Shown in pieces: positions 20,039 to 30,856 of a stretch of DNA of 64,000 nucleotides (its first letter is position 1; the number at the start of each line of letters is the position of its first letter). The notes beneath the pieces were generated by a model. The model was not told the origin of the DNA and ran no database searches. It saw nothing but the letters and a program-made list of their open reading frames with translations. This stretch comes from an uncultured cyanobacterium (GTDB lineage: Bacteria > Cyanobacteriota > Cyanobacteriia > PCC-6307 > Cyanobiaceae): NCBI GenBank assembly GCA_963697335.1, contig CAVONQ010000008.1, positions 1-64,000 of the forward strand, in the 5' to 3' direction. Position numbers and translations under genes: made by a program.

Positions 20039-21402
20039 TACCGCCCCCACGTCCGCGGTCCGCCGCAGCGGCGCCCATCGCCGCATGGGCCTGGCGCGAC
20101 GCGGCCGACCTGCTCGTGCCGCCCCCCCAGCTCGGCCCTCCTCTGGACCCGAACCCCCGGGCTGGATCCGACGGCAGCGGTGTGCAGGAGGCCTCAGCCC
20201 TGCTCGATGCCCTGCAGGAGGCCCAGTCCTCCCTGCGCGACCAGGACCGTCATCGCCAGAGCCCCCAAGGTGAGGGCTTCCAGGGCCAGGGCCTCGATGC
20301 CGCGGCCCTGGCGGCCGCTGACCTGCCCCGGCTGGCTCTGGCCGTGCTGTCACGGCCCTGGGTCGGCGCCGAGTTGCAGGAGCTGCGCCGGCGGGCCGAT
20401 GGCCTGCGGCGGCAGCTGGCCGGCGACGCGGTCACCTACGTGGTGAACCGCAACCTCAACATGTCCAACCATTGCGTCAAGCACTGCTCCTTCTGTGCCT
20501 TCCGGCGGGATGCGGGCGAACCCGGGGCCTACTGGCTCCAGCCCGAGGAGCTGATGGAGCGCGCCGCCGAGGCCCGCAGGCATGGGGCCACCGAACTGTG
20601 TCTGCAGGGGGGCCTCAACCCGGAAGCCCGGCTGCAGGGCAGCCAGCTTGCCTACGCCGAGCGGATGCTGATCCAGCTGGGCCAGGCCGCGCCGGGGCTG
20701 CACCTGCATGCCTTCTCCCCCCAGGAGCTGCTCTTCTTTGCGGAGCAGGATGGTGTGCCCCTCGCCACCGTGCTCACACGCCTCAGGGACGCCGGCCTGG
20801 GCTCCGTGCCCGGCACCGCTGCCGAGGTGCTCAGTGAGCGGGTGCGTCGCCAGCTCTGCCCCGAGAAGCTCAGTGCGCGCCAGTGGGTGGCCGTGATGCT
20901 GGAGGTGCATCAGCAGGGCCTGGCGGCCACCAGCACCCTGATGGCCGGCCACATCGAGGCAGCGGCAGACATCGCAGCTCACCTGCTCACCCTCATGACC
21001 CTGCAGAGCCGGGCCCTGGCCCGGGGACTGACCGGCTTCACTGAATTCGTGCTGCTGCCCTTCGTGGGTGCCGCAGCCCCGGCCCCGCTGCGCTCCCGGG
21101 TGGCCCGCGACCAGCCCGACCTGGACGCCATGCTCCTGCTCACCGCCCAGGCCCGCCTGATCCTTGGCCCCTGGATACCGCACCACCAGCCCAGCTGGGT
21201 GAAGCTCACCCTGGAGGGGGCCCAGCAGGCGCTCAGCTGGGGCTGCAACGACCTCGGCGGCACCCTGATGGAGGAGCACATCACCACCATGGCCGGCGCC
21301 CGGGGCGGCACCGCCCAGACCCCTGCCGCCCTGCGCTCCGCCGCCACCCAAATGGGCCGGCCGGCGCGGCAGCGCACCACCCTCTACGGGGCGCTGGCAT
21401 GA
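20035..21402 (+). CDS. cofH: CofH/MqnC-like radical SAM protein (probable FO synthase subunit CofH; start uncertain)
   Basis: VTYVVNRNLN..CVKHCSFCAF, HLHAFSPQE, PGTAAEVL, NDLGGTLMEEHITTMAG. Confidence 0.85.
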   Translation: MIPPPRPRSAAAAPIAAWAWRDAADLLVPPPQLGPPLDPNPRAGSDGSGVQEASALLDALQEAQSSLRDQDRHRQSPQGEGFQGQGLDAAALAAADLPRLALAVLSRPWVGAELQELRRRADGLRRQLAGDAVTYVVNRNLNMSNHCVKHCSFCAFRRDAGEPGAYWLQPEELMERAAEARRHGATELCLQGGLNPEARLQGSQLAYAERMLIQLGQAAPGLHLHAFSPQELLFFAEQDGVPLATVLTRLRDAGLGSVPGTAAEVLSERVRRQLCPEKLSARQWVAVMLEVHQQGLAATSTLMAGHIEAAADIAAHLLTLMTLQSRALARGLTGFTEFVLLPFVGAAAPAPLRSRVARDQPDLDAMLLLTAQARLILGPWIPHHQPSWVKLTLEGAQQALSWGCNDLGGTLMEEHITTMAGARGGTAQTPAALRSAATQMGRPARQRTTLYGALA

Positions 21403-22934
21403 AGCGCCGTGCTCTCGTGGAATCTCTGCGCAGCCTGCGACTGCCTGCCCTGGGACTGCCTGCCCTGGGGCGGCCTGCCCTGAGGCTGCCCCCCGTGCGG
21501 CTTCCTTCCGTGCAGCTGCCCCGCCTGCCCCTGCGGGTGACCGCCGGCGTCACCGTGCTGCTGGTGCTGGGCCCTGCCCTGGCCCTCTGGATGCTGCCTC
21601 GGCCCAGGGCGGCAGGCCTCGGCCGCCTGCTGGCCCAGGCGGCCCTGATGCAGAGTTTCCCCGCCGCCCCCTCCCGGCCGGTGCCCCAGCTGTGGCAGCA
21701 GCGCCTGGGAGCGGCCACAGCCGAGCGACTCTGGCGCCAGCAGCGGCGCCTGTGGTGGCAGTTCTGGGGCCGCCAGGGTGACGGTGACCCCTACCTGGTG
21801 TTGCCGTTGCCCCGCCCCATGCTCACCGGTGCCCTGGCCCGCCCCCCCCACAGCGTTCAGGTCGACGACCTGCTGGTGGTCGCCGCCGACCCGCTCTCCT
21901 ACCGCCTGCTCACCGACCAGCTCAGGACCCTGCCGCGCCAGCGCCGGGGCCTGGAGCAGCGCTGTCAGGAGCGGCTGGAGACGGAGCAGGCGGCCTTTTG
22001 GTCGCCGCTGGCCTTCGGGGGGATGGTGGGGCCGCTGGCACCGCTCCTGCAGGGCTTCCAGGAAGGTTGCGTGAGTCTGGAGCTGGAGGGAGAGGAGCTC
22101 CTGGCTGCTGGCGAGGCGGCCGGCAGCACGGCCCTGCTGGCTTCTGCTCCCCAGGCGGAGGCCGTAGCCCGGCCGGCTCGGGCCTCCGCGCCGCCCTGGC
22201 CGCCGGGCAGCCTGCTCACCCTGCAGGGCCGCACGCTGGAGGTGCTGTTGCAGGGGCTGCTCAACCGCCAGTTGATCCGCGATCCGCTGCTGTCGCGCTA
22301 CGGCGTCGATGACGCCGATCTGCGGCGCCTGCGCAGCACCCCGTTCCGCCTCGGCGTCCGGGCCGTGGGGACAGGTCCGTTCCAGGCGGGGATCACGCTC
22401 CAGCTCGTCCCCGGAGCGGAACGGCGCCAGGCCTGGGCTGAGTTCCTGGGTCGCCTCGGGCCGGTGCTGGAAGGCGAGGGCCTGGAGAGCACTCCCGCGG
22501 CGGCCGGTGGGGCCCCTGGCGGCTCAGAGACCCTGCCCACCAGCCTCTGGCAACGGCAGGACGGCCAGGTGGTGGGCGGCTGGCGTTGGCTGAACCGCCC
22601 GGGAGCGGCCCCCGAACTGGTGATGTTCCTGGGACCCGCGCCAGCGAGCACGCCCGGCCCTGCTTTGGCCCAGGGCGCCGCCGCCCCCTTGCTGAGCCTC
22701 AGCCTCCGTCCCCGGGAGCTCGGGGCCCTGGGCCTGCTCCCTGGCACCCTGCCCGGCCCCCTGATCCAGGCTGAGAGCCTGGAAGTGGAAGCGCAGCGCC
22801 CCGCCGACCGGGACGAGGCGATCAGCCGGCTGTGGGCGCGTCTGCTGCTGACGCCTGCGGCTCCGTCTTCTCAGTCCCTTCCGAGGCCGCAGTCTCCCCG
22901 GCCGCCGGATCGTCCGCCGCAGCCACCCCGCTGA
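21399..22934 (+). CDS. Hypothetical membrane-anchored protein
   Basis: 511-aa ORF with N-terminal LPxL pentapeptide repeats and one TM segment. Confidence 0.7.
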   Translation: MKRRALVESLRSLRLPALGLPALGRPALRLPPVRLPSVQLPRLPLRVTAGVTVLLVLGPALALWMLPRPRAAGLGRLLAQAALMQSFPAAPSRPVPQLWQQRLGAATAERLWRQQRRLWWQFWGRQGDGDPYLVLPLPRPMLTGALARPPHSVQVDDLLVVAADPLSYRLLTDQLRTLPRQRRGLEQRCQERLETEQAAFWSPLAFGGMVGPLAPLLQGFQEGCVSLELEGEELLAAGEAAGSTALLASAPQAEAVARPARASAPPWPPGSLLTLQGRTLEVLLQGLLNRQLIRDPLLSRYGVDDADLRRLRSTPFRLGVRAVGTGPFQAGITLQLVPGAERRQAWAEFLGRLGPVLEGEGLESTPAAAGGAPGGSETLPTSLWQRQDGQVVGGWRWLNRPGAAPELVMFLGPAPASTPGPALAQGAAAPLLSLSLRPRELGALGLLPGTLPGPLIQAESLEVEAQRPADRDEAISRLWARLLLTPAAPSSQSLPRPQSPRPPDRPPQPPR

Positions 22935-23598
22935 GGCTGGCCTGCTGCCGCTCGCGCTTGCGGCGCTCGGCCGCCACGGTTTCCTCCATCAGCTCCACGG
23001 CCTGGGCGAGCTTCTCCAGGTTGCTGGCGTAGAGGCTGAGGTCCTTGTCGAGCCGTTCCCGCAGCAGGCCCATGGCGCCGCCGAGATCGTGGGCGTAGCC
23101 CCGCAGGGTGGCGGGATCCATGGCATCGGCGCCCTGGGCCTGCTCCAGCAGGCTCAACAGCCCCACACCCATGAGGCGGGAGTAGTGGAAGCCAGGCTCC
23201 CGGATGCTGGCCAGGGCGGAAGCCAGGGGCTCAGGAGCACCCTCCCCCTGGGCCTCAATCCAGCCCTTCACCGCATCCACGCTGTGGTGGCCCATGGCGG
23301 CGCGGCAGCTGTCCGATTCCTGGCGCAGCTGGGCGGCATCGAAACCGGTGGCACTGCAGAGGGCCGCGAGCAGCTGGGGCTTGTGCTCGGGGGGGCGGTA
23401 ACCACGGGCAAAACCGTCAAACACCTGCACCAGGCCACAGGCGAACAGGCCATTGGCCGTGAAGCCCTGCTGCCGGCTCAGCAGGTGGAGTTCCACCAGC
23501 AGTTCATCCACCAGGCGCCGGTACAGGGGGGCGATCACATGGGGGAAGGCGCGGTGAAAAGCGCGCTTGCTGTCGGAGACGGTCAGGGCGGCGCTCAC
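22822..23598 (-). CDS. psb29: Photosystem II biogenesis protein Psb29/Thf1
   Basis: TVSDSKRAF...LYRRLVDELLVELHLL, HYSRL, KDLSLY. Confidence 0.95.
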   Translation of the reverse strand: MSAALTVSDSKRAFHRAFPHVIAPLYRRLVDELLVELHLLSRQQGFTANGLFACGLVQVFDGFARGYRPPEHKPQLLAALCSATGFDAAQLRQESDSCRAAMGHHSVDAVKGWIEAQGEGAPEPLASALASIREPGFHYSRLMGVGLLSLLEQAQGADAMDPATLRGYAHDLGGAMGLLRERLDKDLSLYASNLEKLAQAVELMEETVAAERRKRERQQASLSGVAAADDPAAGETAASEGTEKTEPQASAADAPTAG

Positions 23599-23674
23599 GC
23601 TGCTTGTCGTTTCAGGTTTGGCGACCCTAGCCGCCCACGCTCAGTAGGATCGAGCCAGTTCACTGTCCAGGTCC

Positions 23675-24265
23675 ATGATTCCGATCGTGATTGAGGAGTC
23701 GGGCCGGGGGGAACGCGCGTTTGACATCTACTCGCGGCTGCTGCGCGAGCGGATCGTGTTTCTCGGAGAGCCCGTCACCGCCGAATCGGCCAACCGCATC
23801 GTTGCCCAGTTGTTGTTTCTGGAAGCGGAAGACCCTGAGAAGGACATCTTCCTTTACATCAATTCCCCGGGGGGATCGGTGTATGACGGCCTGGGTATCT
23901 TCGACACCATGCAGCACATCAAACCCGATGTGCAGACCGTCTGCGTTGGGCTTGCCGCCTCGATGGGTGCCTTTCTGCTCTGTGCCGGCACCAAGGGCAA
24001 GCGCAGCAGCCTCACCCACTCCCGGATCATGATCCACCAGCCCCTGGGCGGTGCCCGCGGCCAGGCCAGCGACATCCGCATCCAGGCCGATGAGATCCTC
24101 TATCTCAAGCAGAAGCTGAACCAGGAGCTCTCCGATCGCACCGGCCAGCCCCTGCCCCGCATTGAGGAGGACACGGACCGCGACTTCTTCATGTCCCCGG
24201 CTGAAGCGGTGGGCTATGGCCTGATCGACAAGGTGATCGAAAAACGCGTCGTGCGTCCGGTCTGA
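23675..24265 (+). CDS. clpP: Clp protease proteolytic subunit
   Basis: [28 protein letters not shown]. Confidence 0.98.
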   Translation: MIPIVIEESGRGERAFDIYSRLLRERIVFLGEPVTAESANRIVAQLLFLEAEDPEKDIFLYINSPGGSVYDGLGIFDTMQHIKPDVQTVCVGLAASMGAFLLCAGTKGKRSSLTHSRIMIHQPLGGARGQASDIRIQADEILYLKQKLNQELSDRTGQPLPRIEEDTDRDFFMSPAEAVGYGLIDKVIEKRVVRPV

Positions 24266-24268
24266 ACC

Positions 24269-24295
24269 AAAAAAGCCCGGCCTAGGCCGGGCTTT
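24269..24295 (-). terminator. Intrinsic terminator between convergent clpP and ftsH
   Basis: Perfect 24-bp palindrome aaagcccggcctaggccgggcttt; U6 tail on the minus strand, U3 on the plus strand. Confidence 0.85.
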
Positions 24296-24314
24296 GTGCT
24301 GTTTAGAGCGCTGG

Positions 24315-26249
24315 TCAGCTGCTGGGGAGGGCCGGTTCGCCGATCAGGGGTGAGAAGCGCTCCTTCTCGGGAACGGTGGCGAACTCCGACACCAGGGCCC
24401 GGAACTCATCGCCATCGAGGCTCTCCTTCTCGATCAGCAGCTCCACCACCCGGTCCATGCAGGTGCGGTGCTCAGCCACCAGTTTCACCGTGTCGGTGTA
24501 GCAGCTCTGCACGATCTGGTGCACAGCCTCGTCGATGCGGCTGGCCATGCGGTCGGAGGCGTCGCTGCGGGTCATGAGGTCGCGGCCCAGGAATACCTCC
24601 TGGTTGCCGGCCTCCAGGGAGAACTGCCCCAGGTCGCTCATGCCGAAGCGGGTCACCATCTGGCGGGCAATCGAAGCCACCTGCTGGATGTCACCCCCGG
24701 CGCCGGTGGTCACCTCCGCATGGCCGAACACCACCTCCTCGGCAGCACGTCCCCCCAGGGCGCCCATGATGCGGGCCCGCAGCTGGGACTTGCTCACGAG
24801 CATCTGCTCTTCGTCGGGGGAGAACCAGGTGAGGCCCTGGGCCTGGCCGCGGGGGATCAGGGTGACCTTCTGCACAGGGTCATGGGCCTTCACCAGGGTG
24901 CCCACCAGGGCATGGCCCACTTCGTGGTAGGCGATCAGGCGCTTGCTGCGGCCATCGGTGAGGGGCTTGCCCTCCATGCCGGCGATGACGCGATCCACGG
25001 CGTCGTCGATCTCGGCCAGGCCAGTGGCCTCCTTGCGGCGTCGAGCCGTGAGGATGGCGGCCTCATTCAGCAGGTTGGCCAGGTCGGCACCGGAGAAGCC
25101 AGGGGTGCGGCGGGCAATCATCTCCAGGCTCACGTCATCGGCGAGCTTTTTGTTGCGGGAGTGCACCTTGAGGATCGAGAGGCGCCCCTTGATGTCGGGC
25201 ACATCCACCTGCACCTGGCGATCGAAGCGGCCCGGGCGCAACAGGGCCGAATCGAGCACATCGGCCCGGTTGGTGGCGGCGATGATGATGATGCCGCTGT
25301 TGCCCTCGAAGCCGTCCATCTCGGTGAGCAGCTGGTTGAGGGTCTGCTCCCGCTCGTCATTGCCGCCGCCCACGCCGGCGCCCCGCTGGCGGCCCACGGC
25401 GTCGATCTCGTCGATGAAGATCAGACAGGGGCTGTTCTCCTTGGCGCGCTTGAACAGGTCGCGCACCCGGCTGGCACCCACACCCACGAACATCTCCACG
25501 AACTCCGACCCGGAGAGGGAGAAGAAGGGCACACCGGCCTCGCCTGCGATGGCCTTGGCCAGCAACGTCTTGCCAGTGCCAGGAGGTCCCACCAGCAGCA
25601 CGCCCCTGGGGATCTTGGCTCCCACGGAGGTGAAGCGTTCAGGAGTTTTGAGGAAGGTCACCACCTCCTCGAGGTCCTGCTTGGCCTCCTCCACGCCGGC
25701 CACGTCATCGAATTTGACGCCGGTCTCGGCCTCCATCGCGAAGCGGGCCTTGGTCTTGCCGAACTGCATGGCCTGGCCGGGGCCGCCGGGCATGCCGCTG
25801 GAGCGGCGAGCCAGGAAGATCAAAGAGCCGATCAGCAGCAGCGGGAACAGCAGGTTGCCCAGGATGCCCAGGGCAGGTGGGGCCTGTTTGGGGGGATGAA
25901 TGTCGAAGCTGATGCCCTGCTCCTTGAGCTGGTTCACCAGCTCGGGAGCCACGCCCGGCAGGTCCACCCGCAGGCGCTGCACCCGGTTGTCGAGGTCGGG
26001 GTCCACGGCCTCGATCACAGCGCTGCGGCCACCGTCAAAGATGTCCACCGCGGTGACCCGGCCGGCATCCACGTAGTCAAGGAAGCGGCCATAGCTCATG
26101 CGGGCCACGGCCGCGTTGCGGGGCGCGGTGGTGGGCCCGCCCTGGCTGGGATTTCCGATCCCTCCACTGCTGAGGATCTGCCAGCCGAGGAAGGCCACCA
26201 CCGCCAGCGGCAGCAGCCAGAGAGCAATCAATCGCCAGCGCTGATTCAT
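24315..26249 (-). CDS. ftsH: ATP-dependent zinc metalloprotease FtsH (FtsH2-like)
   Basis: Two TMs, [23 protein letters not shown]. Confidence 0.98.
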   Translation of the reverse strand: MNQRWRLIALWLLPLAVVAFLGWQILSSGGIGNPSQGGPTTAPRNAAVARMSYGRFLDYVDAGRVTAVDIFDGGRSAVIEAVDPDLDNRVQRLRVDLPGVAPELVNQLKEQGISFDIHPPKQAPPALGILGNLLFPLLLIGSLIFLARRSSGMPGGPGQAMQFGKTKARFAMEAETGVKFDDVAGVEEAKQDLEEVVTFLKTPERFTSVGAKIPRGVLLVGPPGTGKTLLAKAIAGEAGVPFFSLSGSEFVEMFVGVGASRVRDLFKRAKENSPCLIFIDEIDAVGRQRGAGVGGGNDEREQTLNQLLTEMDGFEGNSGIIIIAATNRADVLDSALLRPGRFDRQVQVDVPDIKGRLSILKVHSRNKKLADDVSLEMIARRTPGFSGADLANLLNEAAILTARRRKEATGLAEIDDAVDRVIAGMEGKPLTDGRSKRLIAYHEVGHALVGTLVKAHDPVQKVTLIPRGQAQGLTWFSPDEEQMLVSKSQLRARIMGALGGRAAEEVVFGHAEVTTGAGGDIQQVASIARQMVTRFGMSDLGQFSLEAGNQEVFLGRDLMTRSDASDRMASRIDEAVHQIVQSCYTDTVKLVAEHRTCMDRVVELLIEKESLDGDEFRALVSEFATVPEKERFSPLIGEPALPSS

Positions 26250-26260
26250 AGCTGAGACAC

Positions 26261-26278
26261 TTTCTTAACAAGTGTAAC
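26261..26278 (-). promoter_or_regulatory. Possible HLR1 (RpaB) site upstream of ftsH
   Basis: Minus strand GTTACACT-TG-TTAAGAAA, an imperfect match to the (G/T)TTACA(T/A)(T/A) direct repeat, in an AT-rich patch. Confidence 0.45.
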
Positions 26279-26314
26279 GGCGCGGCCCGGCTTTCGGACC
26301 TCCCCAGCCTGGAT

Positions 26315-26782
26315 TCAGCCCGCGGTGCCCCAGGCCTGCACCAGGGCGCCGGCGCTGATTGCCTGGAAGGTCTGGGCGTTGGCTTGCTCCCTGAGGAGGG
26401 CTTGGCTTGCCTCACGTCCCGAAGCTGAGAAGGGCGGCTGGATCAGCTCCTGGGGAACCAGAGGGGTCCCAGGGCTCTCATTCAGGCCAGGGTCAGCCGG
26501 GTCAAGAGCGATGGCTGTTGATCCGGTCTCGATCACCAGATCGTCCACGGCGGCGGTTTCCAGCAGTTCCGGACCGCCCAGGCCATGGGTCCAGATCTTG
26601 AGCTCGGAGTCAGCCGGGCAGGAGAAGCTCAACAGTTCAAAGGGGAACACGACGCGCTCGAGGAAAAATTCCTCAGGCCCCACGCAGCGGGCAATCACCA
26701 TGCGATCACTGCTGTTCCGGTAGCCGCATTCCAGCCAGCCCAAGGGTGTCACCACATTCGATACAACCCATAAACGCATCAA
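26315..26782 (-). CDS. DUF1830-family protein
   Basis: CGYRNSSDRMVIARC...FFLERVVFPFE. Confidence 0.8.
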   Translation of the reverse strand: MMRLWVVSNVVTPLGWLECGYRNSSDRMVIARCVGPEEFFLERVVFPFELLSFSCPADSELKIWTHGLGGPELLETAAVDDLVIETGSTAIALDPADPGLNESPGTPLVPQELIQPPFSASGREASQALLREQANAQTFQAISAGALVQAWGTAG

Positions 26783-26872
26783 ATCAATGGTTCACTTGGT
26801 GGCCTTTGCCACGGTTTGCTTGTTTTAATGCTTTCTTTGGGATTGGGCTCAGGGATGGGCGCTCCCGCGTTT

Positions 26873-28102
26873 TTAGAGGCTTCGCAGGGCCACGATCGGG
26901 TCGAGGCCGGCGGCCCGGCGGGCCGGCACCACCCCGAAGAACAGGCCGATGGATCCTGAGAGTCCCACGGTGAGCAGCACCGTGCCGGCGCCGATGCTTG
27001 CCGGAAGCGGCGTCACCAGGGCCACCAGGCTCACCGTGCCGATGCCCACCGCGGTGCCGATGGCCCCTCCCAGGCTGGCCAGCACCAGGGACTCCACCAG
27101 GAACTGCAGCAGCACGTCGCCACTGCGCGCCCCCAGGGCCTTGCGCAGGCCGATTTCCTCGGTGCGCTCGCTCACCGACACCAGCATGATGTTCATGATG
27201 CCGATCCCGCCCACCAGCAGGGACACGGCGCCGATGGCGGCCAGCATCAGCGTCAGTCCGCCGGTGATCGTGGTCACGATCGTGAGGGCATCCTGTTGGG
27301 AGCGCACGGCGAAATCGTCCTCCCGCAGGATGTTGTGGCGCTGGCGCAGCAGGTTGGTGATCTGGAAGGCGGCGGCTCCGGTGCTGTCCCCGTCGCGGGC
27401 CTCCACGCTGATGAAGTTGAGGCTCACCCCATAGGTGGGATCCCGCCCCGAGAGCTTGCTCACCATGGCGCTGAGCGGCACGTAGGCGTTCTCGTCCTGG
27501 TTCTGCCCGAACACAGCCCCCTTGGCCTCCAGCACCCCGATCACTTCGAAGGGCTGGGTGCGGATCCGCAGGGTGCGCCCCACGGCAGTCCCCCCCGGGA
27601 ACATCTTGTCGGCCAGGTCGGGGCCGATCACGGCCACGCTGCTGGCGGCCTCCATGTCGTTGGCCGAGATGAAGCGCCCCCGGGCCATCTCGAACTGGCG
27701 CACGGGCAGGAATTCCGGGGTGATGCCATTCACCGAGGCGGTGCTGCTCAATCCCCCCGCCTGCACCACCTCGCTGAGGGTGATCTGGGGCGCCACCCGC
27801 TTCACCGTGGGCACCTGTTCGGCGATCGCCTCAGCGTCCTCGAGCACGAGTGTCTTGGGGAAGTCGATCCCCTGGCGCCGGGTGTCGTTGTTGCCCGGCA
27901 CCACGAACAGCACGTTCGCCCCCAGGTTGCTGAGCTGGCCCTCAGCCAGGTTCTGGGCGCCGCGGCCCACCCCCACCAGGGTGATCACCGAGGCATTGCC
28001 GATCACGATGCCCAGCATGGTGAGCAGGCTGCGCAGGCGGTTGGCCCTCAGGGTGGAGAGGGCCATGCCCACGGTTTCGCCCAGGGGCAGCTTGGAGGCC
28101 AT
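26873..28102 (-). CDS. ABC transporter permease (MacB/FtsX family)
   Basis: RSLLTMLGIVIG, VGGIGIMNIMLVSVSERTEEIGLRKALGA. Confidence 0.95.
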   Translation of the reverse strand: MASKLPLGETVGMALSTLRANRLRSLLTMLGIVIGNASVITLVGVGRGAQNLAEGQLSNLGANVLFVVPGNNDTRRQGIDFPKTLVLEDAEAIAEQVPTVKRVAPQITLSEVVQAGGLSSTASVNGITPEFLPVRQFEMARGRFISANDMEAASSVAVIGPDLADKMFPGGTAVGRTLRIRTQPFEVIGVLEAKGAVFGQNQDENAYVPLSAMVSKLSGRDPTYGVSLNFISVEARDGDSTGAAAFQITNLLRQRHNILREDDFAVRSQQDALTIVTTITGGLTLMLAAIGAVSLLVGGIGIMNIMLVSVSERTEEIGLRKALGARSGDVLLQFLVESLVLASLGGAIGTAVGIGTVSLVALVTPLPASIGAGTVLLTVGLSGSIGLFFGVVPARRAAGLDPIVALRSL

Positions 28103-28124
28103 GGCGTTGGGCAGGTCGTGTGGG

Positions 28125-29909
28125 TCAGACGATGGCGCCGATGGGGTCAGCGTTGTGACTGCGGGCGCCGCGGTGCACCAGGCCATGGAGCAGATCGAGG
28201 GTCACGATCTCGCCGTCGAGCAGGGTCTCAAGGGCGTTGGTGACCCCCACGATGGCCGGGATGCCTGTGAGCTGGGCCGTCACGGCCGCATGGCTCTCAC
28301 TGCCTCCGGTTGTGGTGATCACGGCCTTGGCGCGGTGAAAGGCCTCCACGTAGGCAACGCTGGTTTCCCTCACCACCAGGATCTCGCCCATCTGAATGGC
28401 GGCGGCCTCCTCCGGGCAATCCACCACCCGCACCCGGCCGCTGACGGAGCCCGTGCCGATGCCCACCCCCTTGGAGAGAACGGCCGTGACGATGCCCACC
28501 TTGATGAAGTCGGTGGAGCCGCTCACCCCGGAGAGGGTGCCGGCCGTCTGCACCACCAGGTCGCCGTCCTGGAGGTAGCCCCGGTCGCGGGCCAGGCCCA
28601 TGGCCAGGCTGAAGGTGCTGGTGCTGGAGGTCTGCTCCTCCACCAGAAGAGGATTCACGCCCCAGATCAGCTGCAGCTGGCGGGCCACCTGGGCTTCGCT
28701 GGTGATCGCCAGGATCGGGGTGCTGGGCCGGAACTTGCTCACGTTACGGGCGGTGGCGCCGCTCGAGGTGAGCGGCAGGATCGCGGCGGCATTGAGGTTG
28801 CGGGCGATGTTGCTCACCGCCTGGCAGATCGCATTCGGGATGGTGGTGGCCATGCGGCTGTCGATCAGCCGCATCGGGTAGTCACGCTCGATGCGACGGG
28901 CGATCGTGGCCATGGTGGCCACGGCCTCCACGGGGTAATCGCCCACGGCGCTTTCGTTGGAGAGCATCACGGCGTCGGTGCCATCGAGGATGGCGTTGGC
29001 CACATCGCTCACTTCAGCCCGGGTGGGCCTTGGACAGCTCACCATCGAGTCGAGCATCTGGGTGGCGGTGATCACGGGAATGCCCAGGCTGTTGGCCTTG
29101 CGGATCAGCTCCTTCTGCAGCAGCGGCACTTCCTCAGCGGGCATCTCCACGCCCAGATCGCCGCGGGCCACCATCACGCCGTCGCAGAGCATGAGGATGT
29201 CATCGATCTGGTCGATGGCCTCAAATTTCTCGATCTTGGCCACCACGGGCGTGTCGTAGCCATGGCTGGCGATCAGCTCCTTGATCTCCAGCAGGTCGGA
29301 GGGATTGCGCACGAAGCTCAGGGCCACCCAGTCGACCCCGTGCTTCAGACCAAAGGCAAGATCCTCGCGATCCTTGTCGGTGAGGGCCCGGATCGAGAGC
29401 TGCACATCCGGGAAGTTCACGCCCTTGTTATTACTGAGCACCCCCCCCACGGTGACGTTGCAGTGCAGGGTCTGCTGGGGGATGTCCACCTCCTCCACCA
29501 GCATTTCCACCCGGCCGTCATCGAGCAGGATGCGGCTGCCGGGAGTCACCTCATCGGCCAACCGGCCGTAGGTGACGGTGGCGATCTCCTGGTTGCAGGC
29601 CACATCCCTCGAGGTGAGACTGAAGCGAGCCCCCCGGGCGAGGGTGATGGGACCATCCACGAAGCGGCCCAGGCGGATCTTCGGGCCCTGCAGGTCCTGG
29701 AGGATCCCCACATACTCCCCGAGTTCCACGGACACCTGGCGGATCGCCTCGATGCGGGCGGCGTGTTCGCTGTGATCGCCGTGGGAGAAGTTGAGTCGAA
29801 ACGTGGTGGCCCCGGCATGGATCAGAGCCTTGAGCTGCGCGTGGGACTCGGTGGCGGGCCCGATCGTGGCGACGATCTTGGTGCGACGCATGAGATCGGG
29901 TTGGGGCAT
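28125..29909 (-). CDS. pyk: Pyruvate kinase with C-terminal PEP-utilising domain
   Basis: RRTKIVATIGP, RLNFSHG, DLQGPKIR, MVARGDLGVE, ESHAA. Confidence 0.98.
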   Translation of the reverse strand: MPQPDLMRRTKIVATIGPATESHAQLKALIHAGATTFRLNFSHGDHSEHAARIEAIRQVSVELGEYVGILQDLQGPKIRLGRFVDGPITLARGARFSLTSRDVACNQEIATVTYGRLADEVTPGSRILLDDGRVEMLVEEVDIPQQTLHCNVTVGGVLSNNKGVNFPDVQLSIRALTDKDREDLAFGLKHGVDWVALSFVRNPSDLLEIKELIASHGYDTPVVAKIEKFEAIDQIDDILMLCDGVMVARGDLGVEMPAEEVPLLQKELIRKANSLGIPVITATQMLDSMVSCPRPTRAEVSDVANAILDGTDAVMLSNESAVGDYPVEAVATMATIARRIERDYPMRLIDSRMATTIPNAICQAVSNIARNLNAAAILPLTSSGATARNVSKFRPSTPILAITSEAQVARQLQLIWGVNPLLVEEQTSSTSTFSLAMGLARDRGYLQDGDLVVQTAGTLSGVSGSTDFIKVGIVTAVLSKGVGIGTGSVSGRVRVVDCPEEAAAIQMGEILVVRETSVAYVEAFHRAKAVITTTGGSESHAAVTAQLTGIPAIVGVTNALETLLDGEIVTLDLLHGLVHRGARSHNADPIGAIV

Positions 29910-29966
29910 CTCAGTGGAGACCTATAGGTTGAAACTACCATCGGCCCAGTTTTGGTGCTGGCTTGG

Positions 29967-30296
29967 ATGGACTTTCGGACCTACCAGGAGCGCTCGCGCC
30001 AGACCGCCGTCTACCCCGGCGCCGGGGAGAATCCCATTTATCCCACCCTCGGCCTGTGTGGGGAGTCGGGCGAGGTGGCCGACAAAGTGAAGAAGGTGCT
30101 GCGCGACCGCGGCGGCGTGTTCAGCCACGAGGTCCGTCAGGCCCTGCTGCTCGAACTGGGCGATGTGCTCTGGTATGTGGCCCAGCTGGCCACCGAGCTG
30201 GAGCTCGACCTCGAAGCCGTGGCCAGCGCCAACCTGGACAAACTGGCGAGTCGCGCCGCCCGTAACGTGATCTCAGGCGACGGCGACCTGCGCTGA
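29967..30296 (+). CDS. MazG-like nucleoside triphosphate pyrophosphohydrolase
   Basis: LGLCGESGEVADKVKK, ELGDVLWY. Confidence 0.9.
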   Translation: MDFRTYQERSRQTAVYPGAGENPIYPTLGLCGESGEVADKVKKVLRDRGGVFSHEVRQALLLELGDVLWYVAQLATELELDLEAVASANLDKLASRAARNVISGDGDLR

Positions 30297-30337
30297 GGCG
30301 CGACCCAGCTCCGCTTCCCAGCCAGGCTCCCCCCGTG

Positions 30338-30856
30338 ATGTCGATTCTTCCAGTCCCCTTGGCCTTGCCCCCTGGCGCCCGCTGGTCCATCGGTGGTGGG
30401 GCCTGGCTGCTTGGACTGCTGCTCGCCCTGGTGCTGCTGCTGGCACCGCCGGCCTGGGCCGCCGATCTCAAGGTGAGCGATGTGACCCTGGAGCCCTGCC
30501 CGGCGGATGACGTGGCGGCCCAGCCCGATCTGCGCCGGGCCACAGCCCCCAGCTGCTACGCCATGCGGGGAACGGTGCTCAACAGCGGCCGCAAGCCCGT
30601 AGTGGACACCGACGTGTTCGCCCTGATCGTGGATGCCAGCGGTGAACCGGTGCTGCAGAACCGTTCCCGGGTGGGCTCGATCGGCGATGTGCCCCCCGGC
30701 AGCTCGAGTTTCGCCCTGCGCCTTTCGGTACCGTCGGGAACGCCTGAGCCGATTCGCTTTCGCAACGTCAAGGCCCGGGGCTTCAGCGCCCCGGTACGCG
30801 TCCGCGCCGGAGCCGACGACGAACTGCTGCCCCTGGAGCAAGAGCTGGCTCAGTAG
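30338..30856 (+). CDS. Exported hypothetical protein
   Basis: Signal peptide (PAWA) followed by a beta-rich domain. Confidence 0.75.
   Translation: MSILPVPLALPPGARWSIGGGAWLLGLLLALVLLLAPPAWAADLKVSDVTLEPCPADDVAAQPDLRRATAPSCYAMRGTVLNSGRKPVVDTDVFALIVDASGEPVLQNRSRVGSIGDVPPGSSSFALRLSVPSGTPEPIRFRNVKARGFSAPVRVRAGADDELLPLEQELAQ

Noticed and set aside
20035..21402. cofH without adjacent cofG as a novel pathway
   Set aside because: Unlinked cofG and cofH are common in cyanobacteria, where FO serves as a photolyase antenna.
29967..30296. MazG-like gene as an anti-phage system
   Set aside because: It stands alone among core genes with no defence partners.
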